A DNA stretch of 61,941 nucleotides, counting the filler, from Nemertoderma westbladi (Eukaryota > Animalia > Xenacoelomorpha), in NCBI GenBank assembly GCA_032718475.1. It is 3 parts of 3 records of this genome, joined end to end, with 100 filler letters (N's around TTAATTAATTAA, not from the genome) between each part and the next. Parts side by side here need not be neighbours in the genome. Positions count along the whole stretch, not along the records: positions 1 to 24,792 come from JAUCBJ010008416.1; positions 24,893 to 53,498 come from JAUCBJ010008103.1; 1 more part is not named here. One strand, given 5' to 3'. The notes beneath the pieces were generated by a model. It did not search any database. It was not told the origin of the DNA and saw only the letters and a program-made list of their open reading frames with translations. This document shows, piece after piece, positions 12,263 to 25,255 of this stretch; the stretch's first letter is position 1; every line of letters begins with the position of its first letter. The position numbers and the translations under genes are program-made.

Positions 12263-15200
12263 CTACAAGAAGTAGTCCAGATGGTCCCGCGAATATGTGT
12301 TCTTTACGTCGTTTGGAACACGAGGATAGCTGTAGTTCAGTGAGTCCTGGGCTCCGACGTAGATCGTGTTGTACACCCTCCAGTAAACGTCTCGGACCTT
12401 ACGAGCGGGATGAAAGAGGCCCTGGAGGCAGTATTGGAGCATCTTGTTGGGACCCAGAGATACCCTAAACCCGTCAAGAGCCTCAAAGACAGCCTGGATG
12501 ACGTGAGGGGACGTCTCGAAGATGTTGGGCCAAACGTAGTTGAGGAGGTGGAGGAGGGCGTCTTCGCAGTTGAACCCTGTAACTCCGATCGCCATGTGTT
12601 TGATCGCCGCACTAGCGATCTGTCGATGAACTAAATCTCGTTCCATCAGCGCATCTTCCAGCAGCGGCGACACGGAATATATATAATCCTTACCCATCTC
12701 CCCAATGTACTCGAACATAAACGCCAACGCTTTGAGAACTCCGTTCTGAACGTTGAGTTCGGGAACTCTGTATTCGTTCATCAATGCGGGAAGGACCGTA
12801 AATGGGGAACAGGTTTCCGCTACAATCGCAATAGCAACTGTGGTGCAAACGCGCAACTGACGCTCCTGGACTTTAAGATTGTTCAATAAAGTTGCCATGA
12901 CATCATGCGGACCGATCGCTTTGGCGATGTACCCGAAGGTATTTACAGCGGCCCTTCTGATCGATTTCTTGTGGGCTTTGAGTAACTCGAGTAAATCGAA
13001 GCAGATCCGCATCCACTCCCGAGCTGAAACGTATTCGGAACCGCGGTCAGCCACTCGCCCAACCAAATCGATGCAGTTCTCCTGCACCTTCTCGTGGCGG
13101 TTCTTCAGCACCGGTGTCAGTCGCGGCAGGAGATCCTTTATGGGCGGCGTCATCTTGTGCATCCCGATCACGTTCACGATGGCCTTGAGCGCCCCGAGGA
13201 TGGAACCCAGGACCTCCGGATACTCCTCCCCAAGATACTCGTAGAGAACGACCCCCAGATGTCCCATCAACTTCTCCTCCTGACAGTTCTTCATAACGAT
13301 TGCGATTCGCGCGATCAGATCGGCCGCCTGTTGTCGTACTTTAGCCGACTTGTTGTTGAGTCGCCAGAGAATGGTCCCGCATATCTGCGGGAGGTAGGGT
13401 TTAACCCTCTTCCCGAGGGCGTTAACTACAGTACCGAAACCGTTGAGCATCACGTTATCCTCTTGGGTCTGCTCCTGGAAGGCGTACAGAATCCCATCAA
13501 TGAGCTGCTCCTCTAACCTACTGTCTATATCCGAGGCTCCCAAACCGCCCATTATCTTGTCTATAGTCTCAAGTACCATCTTCCTGTACTGTTCCGACTC
13601 ATCTTTGAGGTCGTCTACTATCCGACCTATTATCTCAGAGGCGCCGGTTTTACTGGCGATCTCGACCGTTGTATCAACCAACTGGCGGTAATGCCGGCGA
13701 TCCAAGGCCATTCGGTGGTTCCAAAAGTTCTTAAAGAACGGCGGCAGAATCTCGTCCCGGATGTACTGCGGCTGTACGCCGTCGGTGCCGCAGCATTGCT
13801 TGACTACCTTCAACACGATCTTCTTCATTTCCTCGTCGGGACTCTGGAACTCCCGGATTAGGATCAGCATCACCTCCCGTGTGTAGTAGTTCGCGTACTC
13901 CGCGTCCATCAGCGGGATCAGGTAACCGATGGCTTTGAGGAAGGCGGCCAACCCCTTCCCCCGGTGCTGCCGGATTCCCTTCCACAACGGTTTCAACACC
14001 GAATCGAACGACTCGATCCCGTAGGGGGTCGCCGCCTCGGCGAGCGCCGCCAACGCGAGCGCCGTAATCGTGCGGACCTTCTGCTGCTCGTCTACCAACC
14101 CGTGCTCGATGATCTCCACTAGGGACCGCAGATGGGGCAGCACCGCGCAGCCCATCAGTATGGAGATCTGCTGGACTATCTTTATCCCGGTGTGCCGGGC
14201 CTGCCACGACTTCTTGGACTTACAGACAGCCTTGAGGAAGGGAAGTAGCGAGGGGATCCCCAGGGAGGATGCGACCACCGCGAAGGCCCGGGCCGTCGTG
14301 TTGCGAACGTATTCGTCGAGGTTATCGATGTCGGGACGCATCGTGGAGATCATGGTGGCGAGTCCGGCGGCCTTGGCAAGGTTCGAGATGATCTCGCGCC
14401 CCTCGACTCGCGCGTAGTAATCCTCGTCGATGAGGAGCGGCTCGATAACCACGAGGATCTTATGGACGTAGGGGCGGACCAAGTCGTCGAGTTTGTAGAG
14501 AACTCGGTCGATAACCTTAACAAGTAGATGCCGTTCCTGGTCCTCTAGAGTCGGGGACATCAGCAACGGAAGGATCTGGTTGAACAACGGACCCGCTCCA
14601 AACTCGCGCGATTTATCAGTTACTTTCCGTAATGCCGCCTTCCTCATTGGCGGCGTTCCGTTCTTTATCTTTAACAAAAGTTTCATTATCAGTCGTTCCC
14701 TCTGTTCCTCGCTACTCAGTTGTTCCTCATCCACATCGACCAGGAGTTTCCCGAAGTATTGAACATCGTCGGGTTTAACGAACGGGAGAGTCCCGGACTG
14801 GAGTTGCTCGGTTGCCGCAGCAGCACCACCCGGGGTCCCCGGGTCCTGCATGGTGAATCCAGCGGCTGCAGCGCCCCCCAGGGGCGTCGGGGTCGCCGTT
14901 AGTTTCCGCGCCGGGGTCCGGATGGGAACGTAGGAGGTCGGCGGCTGGAGGACCTCATAGCCCTCGGTCGGGAGGATCGTGTCGAGTTCCTCGTCCCCGA
15001 GATGGCGGTTCCGTTCATCGATCTCGCGTTCCCAACGCCACGCCTGCCACTGTTCCGGGGTGAGGAACGCCCCGGGGGCGGGCGTCGCCATCCCCATGGC
15101 CTTGGCGCCCGCGGGCGTCGCCCCGCCCCCCGGGGTGGCTGCCCCAGGGGTTATCGGGGTCCCGGGGGTCCCCACCGTCCCGGGTGTCCCGCCCACCGTC

Positions 15201-16282
15201 CCGGGCGTCCCGGCCGGCGTCTCGTCCCAACGGGACCGCCGCTTTGAGGCCCCCGGGGTCTCCGGCTCACCACCCCGGTCGGTGCGCGGCGTCTCGGCCC
15301 AGCCGCTGTGCGCCCCGCCCCCATGGGGGGTGTCCCGCTCAGTCGCCGGGGTGACGTCCCAGCGGTTGCGACGGGAGCTGGGCGTGGCGTCGCCGCCCCT
15401 CCCCGGTGTGGCGGTCCCCGGGGTGGCGCCCGGCGTAGCTCCCGGGGTGGCGGTTCGCCCCGGGGTGTCCTCCCATCGCATCCTGGTGCTGGGCGTCGCC
15501 CCGGGGGTGTCCGTCGCCTTGCTACGGCCCGGGGTCTCCTCCCAGACGTCCCGGGTCCCGTGCGGCGTGGCGGAACCTCCCGGTGTGGGCGGCAGCGAGG
15601 GAGTGGCCCCAGCCTCGTCCCAACCCGACCCGGAGACCTTCTTCCTCGCCGGGGTATCCGCTCCGCCCGCCGGCGTATCTTCCTGGTCCCAACGGCGCTT
15701 TTTTAACGCCGCTTTTTGGACCGACAACTGCGGCGGCATCGCATTGGCCAACTCCCCCGCCTCGCCCTTCTCTTTGATTCGCTGTCGCACCACATTCTCG
15801 TCCTTAGCGAGTTTCTGCTCCTTCATTATCTCCATGTAGGTTCGGAGTTTCGGGTCGGGTGTTTTCCCGCCATCGGCGAAGGGATCGTGTCTCTCGGGAC
15901 TGATTATCATCTGTCGTCGCTTCGCTCGGTACTCGTTCTCCCGATCGGCTATGGTCGGGGCCCGGTGCTCCGCGAACGGGTCGTAGTCCTTCTCCGGTTG
16001 CTGCAGTTGGTTGAGCAACGCAACCGGAGCCGTAATCGACCGACTGTTCCGAACGAAACCCGTCGTTCCCATGTCGTCGTCATCATCGAAGTTTTCATTC
16101 ACATTGATGGAGAGGTCGTAGCCGTCGAACCGATTGGAACCTACTTTATCGTAGACATCGGTATCGAACACATCCCCGAAACCTATTTTCTCCGACTGTT
16201 TCGGAGATTCCAGTCCAACTAAACTCTCCTTTTTTTCCTGGATAGAACGAATTTGAGCTTCGATATCGTTCCCTCCAGCCAT
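12263..16282 (-). CDS. SF3B1: Splicing factor 3B subunit 1, single-exon, 1339 aa
   Basis: N-terminal RWD/TP repeats (ULMs), p14-binding region and HEAT repeats with conserved motifs ([53 protein letters not shown]). Confidence 0.98.
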   Translation of the reverse strand: MAGGNDIEAQIRSIQEKKESLVGLESPKQSEKIGFGDVFDTDVYDKVGSNRFDGYDLSINVNENFDDDDDMGTTGFVRNSRSITAPVALLNQLQQPEKDYDPFAEHRAPTIADRENEYRAKRRQMIISPERHDPFADGGKTPDPKLRTYMEIMKEQKLAKDENVVRQRIKEKGEAGELANAMPPQLSVQKAALKKRRWDQEDTPAGGADTPARKKVSGSGWDEAGATPSLPPTPGGSATPHGTRDVWEETPGRSKATDTPGATPSTRMRWEDTPGRTATPGATPGATPGTATPGRGGDATPSSRRNRWDVTPATERDTPHGGGAHSGWAETPRTDRGGEPETPGASKRRSRWDETPAGTPGTVGGTPGTVGTPGTPITPGAATPGGGATPAGAKAMGMATPAPGAFLTPEQWQAWRWEREIDERNRHLGDEELDTILPTEGYEVLQPPTSYVPIRTPARKLTATPTPLGGAAAAGFTMQDPGTPGGAAAATEQLQSGTLPFVKPDDVQYFGKLLVDVDEEQLSSEEQRERLIMKLLLKIKNGTPPMRKAALRKVTDKSREFGAGPLFNQILPLLMSPTLEDQERHLLVKVIDRVLYKLDDLVRPYVHKILVVIEPLLIDEDYYARVEGREIISNLAKAAGLATMISTMRPDIDNLDEYVRNTTARAFAVVASSLGIPSLLPFLKAVCKSKKSWQARHTGIKIVQQISILMGCAVLPHLRSLVEIIEHGLVDEQQKVRTITALALAALAEAATPYGIESFDSVLKPLWKGIRQHRGKGLAAFLKAIGYLIPLMDAEYANYYTREVMLILIREFQSPDEEMKKIVLKVVKQCCGTDGVQPQYIRDEILPPFFKNFWNHRMALDRRHYRQLVDTTVEIASKTGASEIIGRIVDDLKDESEQYRKMVLETIDKIMGGLGASDIDSRLEEQLIDGILYAFQEQTQEDNVMLNGFGTVVNALGKRVKPYLPQICGTILWRLNNKSAKVRQQAADLIARIAIVMKNCQEEKLMGHLGVVLYEYLGEEYPEVLGSILGALKAIVNVIGMHKMTPPIKDLLPRLTPVLKNRHEKVQENCIDLVGRVADRGSEYVSAREWMRICFDLLELLKAHKKSIRRAAVNTFGYIAKAIGPHDVMATLLNNLKVQERQLRVCTTVAIAIVAETCSPFTVLPALMNEYRVPELNVQNGVLKALAFMFEYIGEMGKDYIYSVSPLLEDALMERDLVHRQIASAAIKHMAIGVTGFNCEDALLHLLNYVWPNIFETSPHVIQAVFEALDGFRVSLGPNKMLQYCLQGLFHPARKVRDVYWRVYNTIYVGAQDSLNYSYPRVPNDVKNTYSRDHLDYFL

Positions 16283-17487
16283 CGATAAATGTTTATTAAC
16301 CCAGACTATTTAAACAATTAAACGGAATAATACCGGTCTGCCTGGCGGTAGTATGTCTGTATGTAGTAAGCATGGCAGCATGGTTGGATAATTGTTAGGT
16401 TACCCAATTCGTTGTTAGGCTTGCAACATAATCATTGAATGTAAATATTGAATTTATTCCTGTAGGCCATATTCAGTTCAGCAGTTAGTTGTTTGGAAAA
16501 CCATTCAAAGTCACATCAAATCTAGTAAACCTGTATACAGCAAGGGAGGGGGTGAGATTGATAAATAATTAATTAATAGGGGGCCTACTGTAAATGTAAT
16601 ATAGAACAGTAGAATAGAAATGAGCCTATACAAAATATTTTTCCTTGCTTTATATACCGGTCCGGTACGGTAAACAGACAGCCTGGGTCCTGTCTGCCCG
16701 TATCAGTGTCCTGTCACATAACCGTACTTACTGTACTACCGGTATCCTGTGCATGCACAGCAGCAGCAGCATAATTTAACTTTAATTTGCCAAAAAAAGT
16801 AACATCTTCCAAGCTCCAAGGAGACGATTTGAATTGACTCGCGAAGTTGCGGCTAGAGGTGATGCTCTTCGTTTATTGTTGGCTACCAATTTTCTGTAAT
16901 CCCATATCATTGTTCCTTATGGTATGGATAACTCGGATCTCGGATTAAATGTACTTTAATCTGCATGTTACAGTACAAGTGGCTACTACCAGACTCATTA
17001 ACCGGACCCTCAAAATACCGTATTGAAGCTTTATATTTGATTTATATTTTACTTGTGTATTATTGACCGGACCCTTATTACCTCAACTTTAGTAACCGGC
17101 ATAATCTTATAACATTGTGTTAACTTTCGTTTATTGTTTTGGTTCCCCAACACGCCTCTGTAACCTACTCCTTTAAATGGCAATGGGTCCGGTCAACGGG
17201 TCCGGTCAGTTGCCTTTGCCTGTTTCAGTAACTACAGCATGTATCTAATATTCAACAAGAGACCATCCTTTCCCAACCTCGGACTCGGACAAATTGCAAC
17301 AGTACAGTATTTGAATTAAGATTTTCTAGGCTCAAGTTTTATGCTTAACAGCATATCCAAAATCCGCCCATATTTTAGTAGCCGTAAGATTGAAGTGGAA
17401 TATAAGGTGACCGGCATTAAGAAAATAATATCTCCTATAATGTTTCATCAATTCAAATATAATTATTCTCAATTTAAAAAAAATTTA

Positions 17488-17808
17488 ATTCAGGGTCAAA
17501 TTGCCTTACATGTTGCTAAGTCTAGACAATAATTTTCCAACCAATCAGTTTTTTCCTTGTTACCATGGCGACCAAACCATCAACATTATAACAATATATA
17601 TTATATATTATATGTATTGCTATATATAATATTGTTACGGGCATATTTTATATATTAAAAATTATTATTATACATATAAAATGTTGCTGACAGAAATTCC
17701 ATACATTAAAAAATTAATTTTGTTGCCACGGTAACAATAAAAGACCCGATAAGTTGAACAAATATTGTCTGGACTTGGCAACATGAATGGCAGTTAGTTG
17801 ATCTTCAA
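17488..17808. repeat. Imperfect inverted repeat (MITE-like hairpin) with AT-rich loop
   Basis: 17488-17580 pairs with 17718-17808 (CATGTTGCTAAGTCTAGACAATA...GTTACCATGGCGAC versus its reverse complement). Confidence 0.6.
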
Positions 17809-18323
17809 GTGATTATTATTACGACTACTAAAAAACAATTACTCTTTATGTACAATGTACAGTATTTCCAATATTTTCCAAAATTTTGCAACATGAGGAA
17901 CACAATACGGATAGGTTTCTACCGAACCAGGTAAATGCGGTAGAGCCAATGAGAATAAAATATAAATAATACACTATAATATTTTCGTACAAAAATATAC
18001 AAATTGATGCAAAAATATATCCTAAACAACACAGAACAGAAACAAATTGCATTGTACGGTTCTGTAGGCAAGTTAGTAAAATGTTTTGTGCCTCTATGGT
18101 ATTTTTACTTAAATGTGTTTGTTTACCATAATGTTGAATTATTTGATTATTTTATTATACTGTAGCCTGCCGGGGCGAAATACGGACCTAAATTGAAAGG
18201 CGCACTGGAGCAGGTTGTAGATGTGGATAGGGGGGACCAAAACAATAACTGGTGATTATAAGTGGTAAATTAAAAAATATAATTCCAGAAATATTATTGA
18301 TAGAGTTAGCTTCCATATTCCAT

Positions 18324-18375
<52 letters not shown>

Positions 18376-18760
18376 TAAACAATATATTAAATAAAGGGTA
18401 GTTGTATGGGAATTATTATATTTGCGATACTTCGGGTATAAACTGAAAGCTTACTGCAGAGTGCTGGTGGATATTTACTGGCGTATGGTTAATCATATTG
18501 CGCATTGCATGGTGCTAAATAACCATTTTGGTGATTAAATGGCTAATTTGGTTTGGTAGACTAGAAAGCCAGTAAGCTGGTTATAAGAAGACCGTCTATA
18601 AGACAACAAAACCGAAAAAACTAAATCTTAATTCCGTTTCTGTGTTAGTCCGAAGCGAAAAGATGAACAAATATTTAACCATATCCAATCCTGGCATCAC
18701 TATGAAGCAACCAATTTAAAATAAGCATAATAATAATATGCATGTATCCTAATAATAATA

Positions 18761-19669
18761 CACCATGTCCCAGAATATAGTGTCGTAATTCAGTGACACC
18801 CCCCCCCCCCCCAAATTTTTTTACAAATCGTAATGAGATTGCATGAAATTTGAAACAGAGATAGTTTCACCTCCCGACCACTGACTGGGTGAGCCAGAAT
18901 TTTTATTTTTGCTTTCAATCTTTAGCTACAAGCGTTTAAAAAAGTGTCCCCAGCGATATTACACCAGTTACACCGCATTTGTTCTTCTACCTTATAGCTG
19001 TTTGTTGGTGCCAATGGAAAGCTGGCCATGCAAGGATTCAAAATATGTACTGTAACACAATTTGAATTTCGTTGAAAAATAGCTGAGATATGGGCGTTCA
19101 AATCTTGCATGGTTTATCACCGGCGCGAGGCTATTTTATTCTATTTAATAAATAAACCATATTCTGGAACATTTTTTAAATGAATGAATAGCTACGTAAT
19201 AGTATGATTAAATATGTAATGCATTGTTGCCCAGATACGTATTTGGATAAACAAAATATTCCAGATTATGATGCATTTATTAAATAGAATTAAATAGCCT
19301 CGCGCAGGTGCATAACCATGCAACATTTGAACGCCCATATCTCCGCTATTTTTCAACGAAATTCAAATTGTGTTACATCTTTGGAATCCTTGCGCGGTCA
19401 GCTTTCTATCAGTACCAACAAATCACTATAAGGTTTAAGAATAACTGCGGTGTAACTGGTGTAATATCGCTGGAGACACTTTTTTTAAACGCATGTAGCT
19501 AAAGATTGAAGGCAAAAACAAAAATTCTGGCTCACCCAGTCAGTGGTCGGGAGGTGAAACTATCTCTGTTTCAAATTTCATGCCATCTCATTACGATTTG
19601 TAGAAAAATTAAGGGGGGGGGGGGGGGGGCGTGTCACTGAATTACGACACTATATTCTGGGACATGGTG
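18761..19669. mobile_element. Tc1/mariner-type MITE with ~390-bp TIRs and TA TSD
   Basis: TA|CACCATGTCCCAGAATATAG...CTATATTCTGGGACATGGTG|TA, with long near-perfect arms. Confidence 0.9.
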
Positions 19670-22096
19670 TATTCTACGAAACCAGAACAATAGGCGATTA
19701 CTCTCAATAATGTTTTGATTAATAATCTAATGGAGGTAGAGAGTGGGGGTGTATAAAAGTCCGACAAGTCTAATACGTCTGCCCGACAACTGTTGGGATT
19801 ATAGCTGACTGCTTTATTAGTGGAATATTGGATTGATCGAAGACAGAGTTCAAGCTGCACATATACTTGACATCCCAACATATAGAACACGTTCTCTTCC
19901 AAGCCAATATCAATGTGCACGCACGAGACTAGTGCGGGGGGGGGGGGGGTGAACGCAAAACCTACCTCGGCGAATTAACATCCCGCCTCAATGTTAAATT
20001 CTCAATTTAGGGAAAGGAGCAGGTTACAGTGGCATATTTTAACCAAAACAATAAACTAAACACAATAGTCAACAAAAGGTTACAGTTTTATTTTTGAGAG
20101 TAATTCGCGTTATTTGCGTCGAATTTCCCCTGGAGAGGGATGCATTATTATTGCGTCCAGTTCAGGTACAAGTTCAGTCCAAGTACATTGCTTTGGTGGT
20201 TCATAATCGTGATACAAAATTCTAGATCGATTCTATATGTGGTATTCGATATATTTAGTTTTTTGACATTATTTTGTCGCGAAATTAAAAGCAATGGTAA
20301 AATAACACCTGGTGTTCACGATGAAATATGGCTTAATATGTCAGAGTTAGGCATAGTAAAACGTGTTGGTTGCCAAGTTTTACTAGTAGGCTATAAGGAA
20401 AGGCAATGTTTACTCACACATAAGCTGTTGGTTTCTAATGTACAGTATTACCCGATAAGCTGATTGCTCTCCCAGTGCTTCCTAAGGGTATATCTACAAT
20501 AAGGTTACTCACTCTGTTATGTTAGGGGGTGGATCAGGAGAATGAATCTTAGTTACACAAAGCAGTGTGTTGTGTCCTATTGCAGTTGTTACTCACTGTG
20601 GATTGCAAAATGTTTTATAGTTTACCTACAGTATAATACAGTAGTTGCATGTATTTAAGGAGCCCGCTCTGGCCTACCGCCTAACTTAGCAGGAGTGCCT
20701 ATATTATATATTCGCATATGACTCACTGGGAAGAGATATTCCGCTTGACGACGGGGTAATACATTTAGAAGGAAACTAAATTTATTATTTGGCTCTATTC
20801 GTTGTGATTTATCTGGTTGTGCATCATGGGCATTTTTTATAAATATCTATATATAAGTATCTTATATCTTGTAAACGTGCTTGATAATGAAATTATTTGC
20901 TTCATATTATACTTTTGTTAGTGGTAGCTAGTTGCATTTTTTATTACGTGGGGCGAGCCACAAAGTCAGCTAGCCTCACGCCTTACAGTTTTGACAATTG
21001 TTTAGTTTACTTACTGCTGACTGACTTAGTTCTTTGTAATAGTTTTGGCTAGGATTTTTCCCCCGGGCCCCTTCCAGCCAGCTTGCTGGCTGGAATATAA
21101 TATTAAACTGCTGGTATAACCTTGATGTAAAAGGGAAGCCAGGCAAAAATATATATGTTTTAATAAACATCCGCATCCGCATTCGTGCGGATGTCACCTC
21201 AGACATCTGCATCCGCGGATGTTAATAATAAGACATTCGCAACATCCCTATCAATTAGTATCTAGTTGTTGAATAAAAAAGTTTGGAACAATTCGATGTG
21301 CGATATTCGAAATATTAGCATATTATCAACATTATGTAACGCGAAATTAAATACCCACAACTACACTTTGTCAGCTGAACATCCTTTCACTATTTATTGT
21401 CAATTGGAGTTATGTACATTAATTATATTATTATTGTTATATCTCTATTCAGTCTGTTAGTGTAATGTCAAGCAGTACATTATTTATATATCGCATGTAT
21501 CTATAGGGCCATCGTTATAATACTGTCATCAACTCGGCTAAGCCCAATTATAATGTAAAGGCTTAGTAGGTTTTGTATATCTGGGACGTTTACAACATCT
21601 GACGATTAAACCACCAAAACCAGAAAACTGAACCCAGGGCGCCAGCCGGGTACCAACGGCTGTTGGGTAGACTCAATGGAAGATTTAACAAATTTTCATA
21701 GGAGGCTTGTACAGTACATGTATATTATATTGGTTGCTCCGATGTTTTTATTAGGCTAACAAAATCTTGTCTCCGTATCCTGCTCATTTCCCTCAATTCG
21801 TAAAGATAACCTTTAATGAATACAGATGCGGAACAATCGTCCTAAGTTAGATGGGAACCTCAGTAGGTTGTAGTTTTTAATATAATATATAGTAGCAGGT
21901 ACAAGGAACTGGTAGGAGAGGTTCAGTTTAGTGGTACCGGTAGAGCCCTATTAATTCAGTAATTGTACATACACGTACACGATACGGCTGACCGGGTGTG
22001 ACGCGTGTAAATTGACAAAGCTTAATAAAGACTACAATGAAGTAAGCCTCGCCTTGCCTTGACAAAGCTACATCCTAGCCTAGGCCTAGCATCACG

Positions 22097-23107
22097 ATGA
22101 ATCTAGGACATGGATTGCTACAAGTCTTGTACACTGATATGTACCATATGCTAAACAATGTAAATATTCCGTTATTATTGTTCGAGTTATTGTTATCCGT
22201 CGTTGTTATTATTATAGAAGTAGTGTTAATAAAGAGTAAGAGTCGCGGTATTAGGCCTAATGGACGGAGAAGTACCGATATTCCTCACAGAACGACGAGA
22301 GAAGTTACAGAGTATCGCAAGGAGTGGGCTCGGCCAGTGGCCCCGGAAATCCTACACTATCGACCTGACCGAGGTCGAGAAGTGCCGCAAGCAGAAGTGC
22401 CTCAACTACCGGCACCCGCAGCACCGGATGGCCTACACTACCGACGTCTGTACAACACAAACAGTCAACGAAAACTACCGGTAAAAGAAAAAGAAGATCC
22501 GAAACCGGGGGAGCGGACCAACAAACGAAATATACCTGTCTGGAGAAAATCATTCCACCGTCATGTCAGCATTGTATCAGATCTATGCGCCCGAATGGAG
22601 AGATTCCCATCAGCAGGTAAATGGAGCAAACAAGATTGCAAAATGATTGGAGTGTTTACATGTGGGCAATGCGGGAGAAAGTGGGATTCTGGGAAGTGTA
22701 AGGCAATGATACAATATAGGTTCAATCCCAAAGATCAAAGAGGAGAAATACAAGTAGATCGAGAATTCCGTCAAAAATGTAAACGATGTGAAGACTTGGA
22801 TAAATTCGAGTTTCCTCATTTTTATGAAATGTCTACCGATTCAGTGATGGAAAAGGTTTTTACTAAGATCAAAAACCGATTCTATAACTGTGATCATTCC
22901 ACTGACGATGTTATTAACGCTGCACCTATTGGCTTTAACTACAAACGCGGTGCCATAGGTCACGATAGAGTCAACTGCGAAGCTTGTAAGTTGGGAGTCT
23001 GTGATCACGTTTTTAATGTGACATTTGCGACAAAGCCAACATATTTTGAATATAAAAGGACTGAATTGAATGACAAGTTGAACTGGGTGTTTATTGAGTC
23101 ACAATAA
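22097..23107 (+). CDS. 3CxxC zinc-finger protein (RTP/ZAR1-type domain, RTP-like)
   Basis: GVFTCGQCGRKWDS...FRQKCKRC...PHF...KIKNRFY...HDRVNCEACKLGVC is the zf-3CxxC signature. The true start is uncertain. Confidence 0.8.
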   Translation: MNLGHGLLQVLYTDMYHMLNNVNIPLLLFELLLSVVVIIIEVVLIKSKSRGIRPNGRRSTDIPHRTTREVTEYRKEWARPVAPEILHYRPDRGREVPQAEVPQLPAPAAPDGLHYRRLYNTNSQRKLPVKEKEDPKPGERTNKRNIPVWRKSFHRHVSIVSDLCARMERFPSAGKWSKQDCKMIGVFTCGQCGRKWDSGKCKAMIQYRFNPKDQRGEIQVDREFRQKCKRCEDLDKFEFPHFYEMSTDSVMEKVFTKIKNRFYNCDHSTDDVINAAPIGFNYKRGAIGHDRVNCEACKLGVCDHVFNVTFATKPTYFEYKRTELNDKLNWVFIESQ

Positions 23108-23830
23108 TCATTTATTACAAGCAATTTAATAATAATGACATTCTATTAGCTCAAATAAGAATCTATCAACTGTGTATCAGACTCTATAATATGTTATATT
23201 CTATAATAATTGTTAATGTTAATTATGCTTTTTTTTATTTGTATTTAATTAATTTCGCACTACCAAATCGCCTGGGCTGCTGGGTGGCATATTTTCCAAC
23301 TTTATATCGCAGTACGACATTATTAGTATGTCCACATTGTCCAGAGTGTCGCCTTTGTTCAAAATTAGCACTTTAAAGCTTTTACGGGCCAGCTTGTTAT
23401 TTCCCTCGCTGATGTCGTATGGCTATAATGTACTAATTTATGAACAATGACGTATATTATTATTATTATATACAGAAAATACACATTATTTTTCAGTAGA
23501 CAATGTAAAGGTATAATTTAAATGTATAAATTTGCTTTTTAATTGAGTGAAACTGTCAGACGGTCTTTGGACAATACCGGAAGCATCGCCGTGTTCGCAA
23601 ACAAAACTTTTGAGTTTGAAAATGATTCAGCTGGGCCAGCATTTTCAATGGATGTATGGCGATAATCACTACTATGCAATAGCCATTTGGTAACGCGACT
23701 CACAGCCCATTGATTTCATTTCAAAGCGTGTGATAAACCCTACGATCTCGATCCTAAATCTCGATAACAAGATTCCATATAACCAACAGTACGAAATGTC
23801 CATCTATATGTCCATCTAAGAAATGTCACA

Positions 23831-23920
23831 GCGATTTTAATCTATTTCCCTTCGATTTTAATCTATTGCCCTACGATTTTAATCTATTGCCCAGCGATTT
23901 TAATCTATTGCCCAGCGATT
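23831..23920. repeat. ~21-bp tandem repeat (CGATTTTAATCTATTGCCCAG) x4
   Basis: Directly visible. Confidence 0.8.
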
Positions 23921-24792
23921 GCCCCGCTTGGACTATATGTATACTGTGTATCGTTAAAAGAAATCTACACACTAGTACTTTTTCATATTCAATTCTTGAT
24001 GATATTTGTAGCCCAACCAGCGTATGGATTTTAGTATGAATCTTGATATCACTAATGCGATGATTAATCATTTTGCCTCATCTTCAGTGAAACCTAGGAA
24101 ACTGTATATCCACACAGCAGCCCCCCCCCCCCCCCCCCCCCCCCCAGTGACAGTGGTCAGAAATCCCAAACCATTCATATCCTACTTCGGAAGATTTATT
24201 AGAAGAAATCTGTCCGTGACTGAAATTCTGTGAAATTTTTACGCACCACATCCAAAAGCAAAGTTTCACACTAATTTTCATACCGCATTTTCACATAATT
24301 TGTCCCTATTTTGGCCTGAAATTTTTTTTTGAAAAATCGTAACTAGTTATACTCTCCGTCGAGGTTAATACGGAGACATAAATTTATAATTTTCCTTGAA
24401 ATGTTTTATATAAGCGTTTTAAGGTCTTTTGTGAAATTTAACCATCTGTATCAGGGCCATTCTTTACAGTAATCGTGATTTTTTAAGAATAATGAGAAAA
24501 ATGCCAAATTTGTTAAATAGTCTGAGATAGTTTTGTTGTGAAACAGCTGATATATTGGCCTTCAAAGATTACAAATAAACGTTCGCTGGGGGCCATTATA
24601 CTCAATAAATAAAATACACAACTTTCTAGAACACGATATCCTATATCCTATACGGTATCCTATACAATATCTCAGTTGCGTAGATACACATACGATAGAT
24701 AAATAAAATGTTGCAGAACATTGTGGATTTATTAAATAAAATAATGGCCTGCAAAGAGCAACAATTCTTGCAATCTTTAAAACCAATTATAT

Positions 24793-24892
24793 NNNNNNNN
24801 NNNNNNNNNNNNNNNNNNNNNNNNNNNNNNNNNNNNTTAATTAATTAANNNNNNNNNNNNNNNNNNNNNNNNNNNNNNNNNNNNNNNNNNNN
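24793..24892. other. Artificial contig linker (N44-TTAATTAATTAA-N44)
   Basis: 100-bp N run containing a six-frame stop palindrome. Confidence 0.95.
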
Positions 24893-25255
24893 CCTAACCG
24901 TACTTAATCGGACAAGTGCTCTACACACACTGCAATTCGTTCGGACTTAACAGCAATCAGACAACAGCTCAGCCTACAAATTGTCTGTACAATCTGATCA
25001 GGCTTACACGCCTTCTGTTCAATACTGGCCTACAAATAAATAAAACTTGACAGAAATAAGTAAAAATCTCAATAAAAAACCAGGGCGGGCCCTCCCTGAT
25101 TAATTATTAAGGCCTACCGGTATATAACTATCAAAATCGACTAATACTGCTGTAGGTACCGGTCCGGATGATCAGGCAGTCAGGCCTACTGGTTACCGGT
25201 CGACCGGTACTTTCGACTTTATTGCTTACTGCAATAAAGAAGCTATATCCTTTAA

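Noticed and set aside
12337-16222. Overlapping and antisense ORFs in SF3B1
   Set aside because: Expected shadows of a GC-rich coding sequence.
18328-18372. 45-nt poly(A) as a retrocopy tail
   Set aside because: It is on the wrong side and strand for SF3B1, and no TSD or recognisable upstream element is present.
24793-24892. TTAATTAATTAA palindrome inside the N runs (also 53499-53598)
   Set aside because: Assembly linker with six-frame stops. Adjacency across it has no biological meaning.
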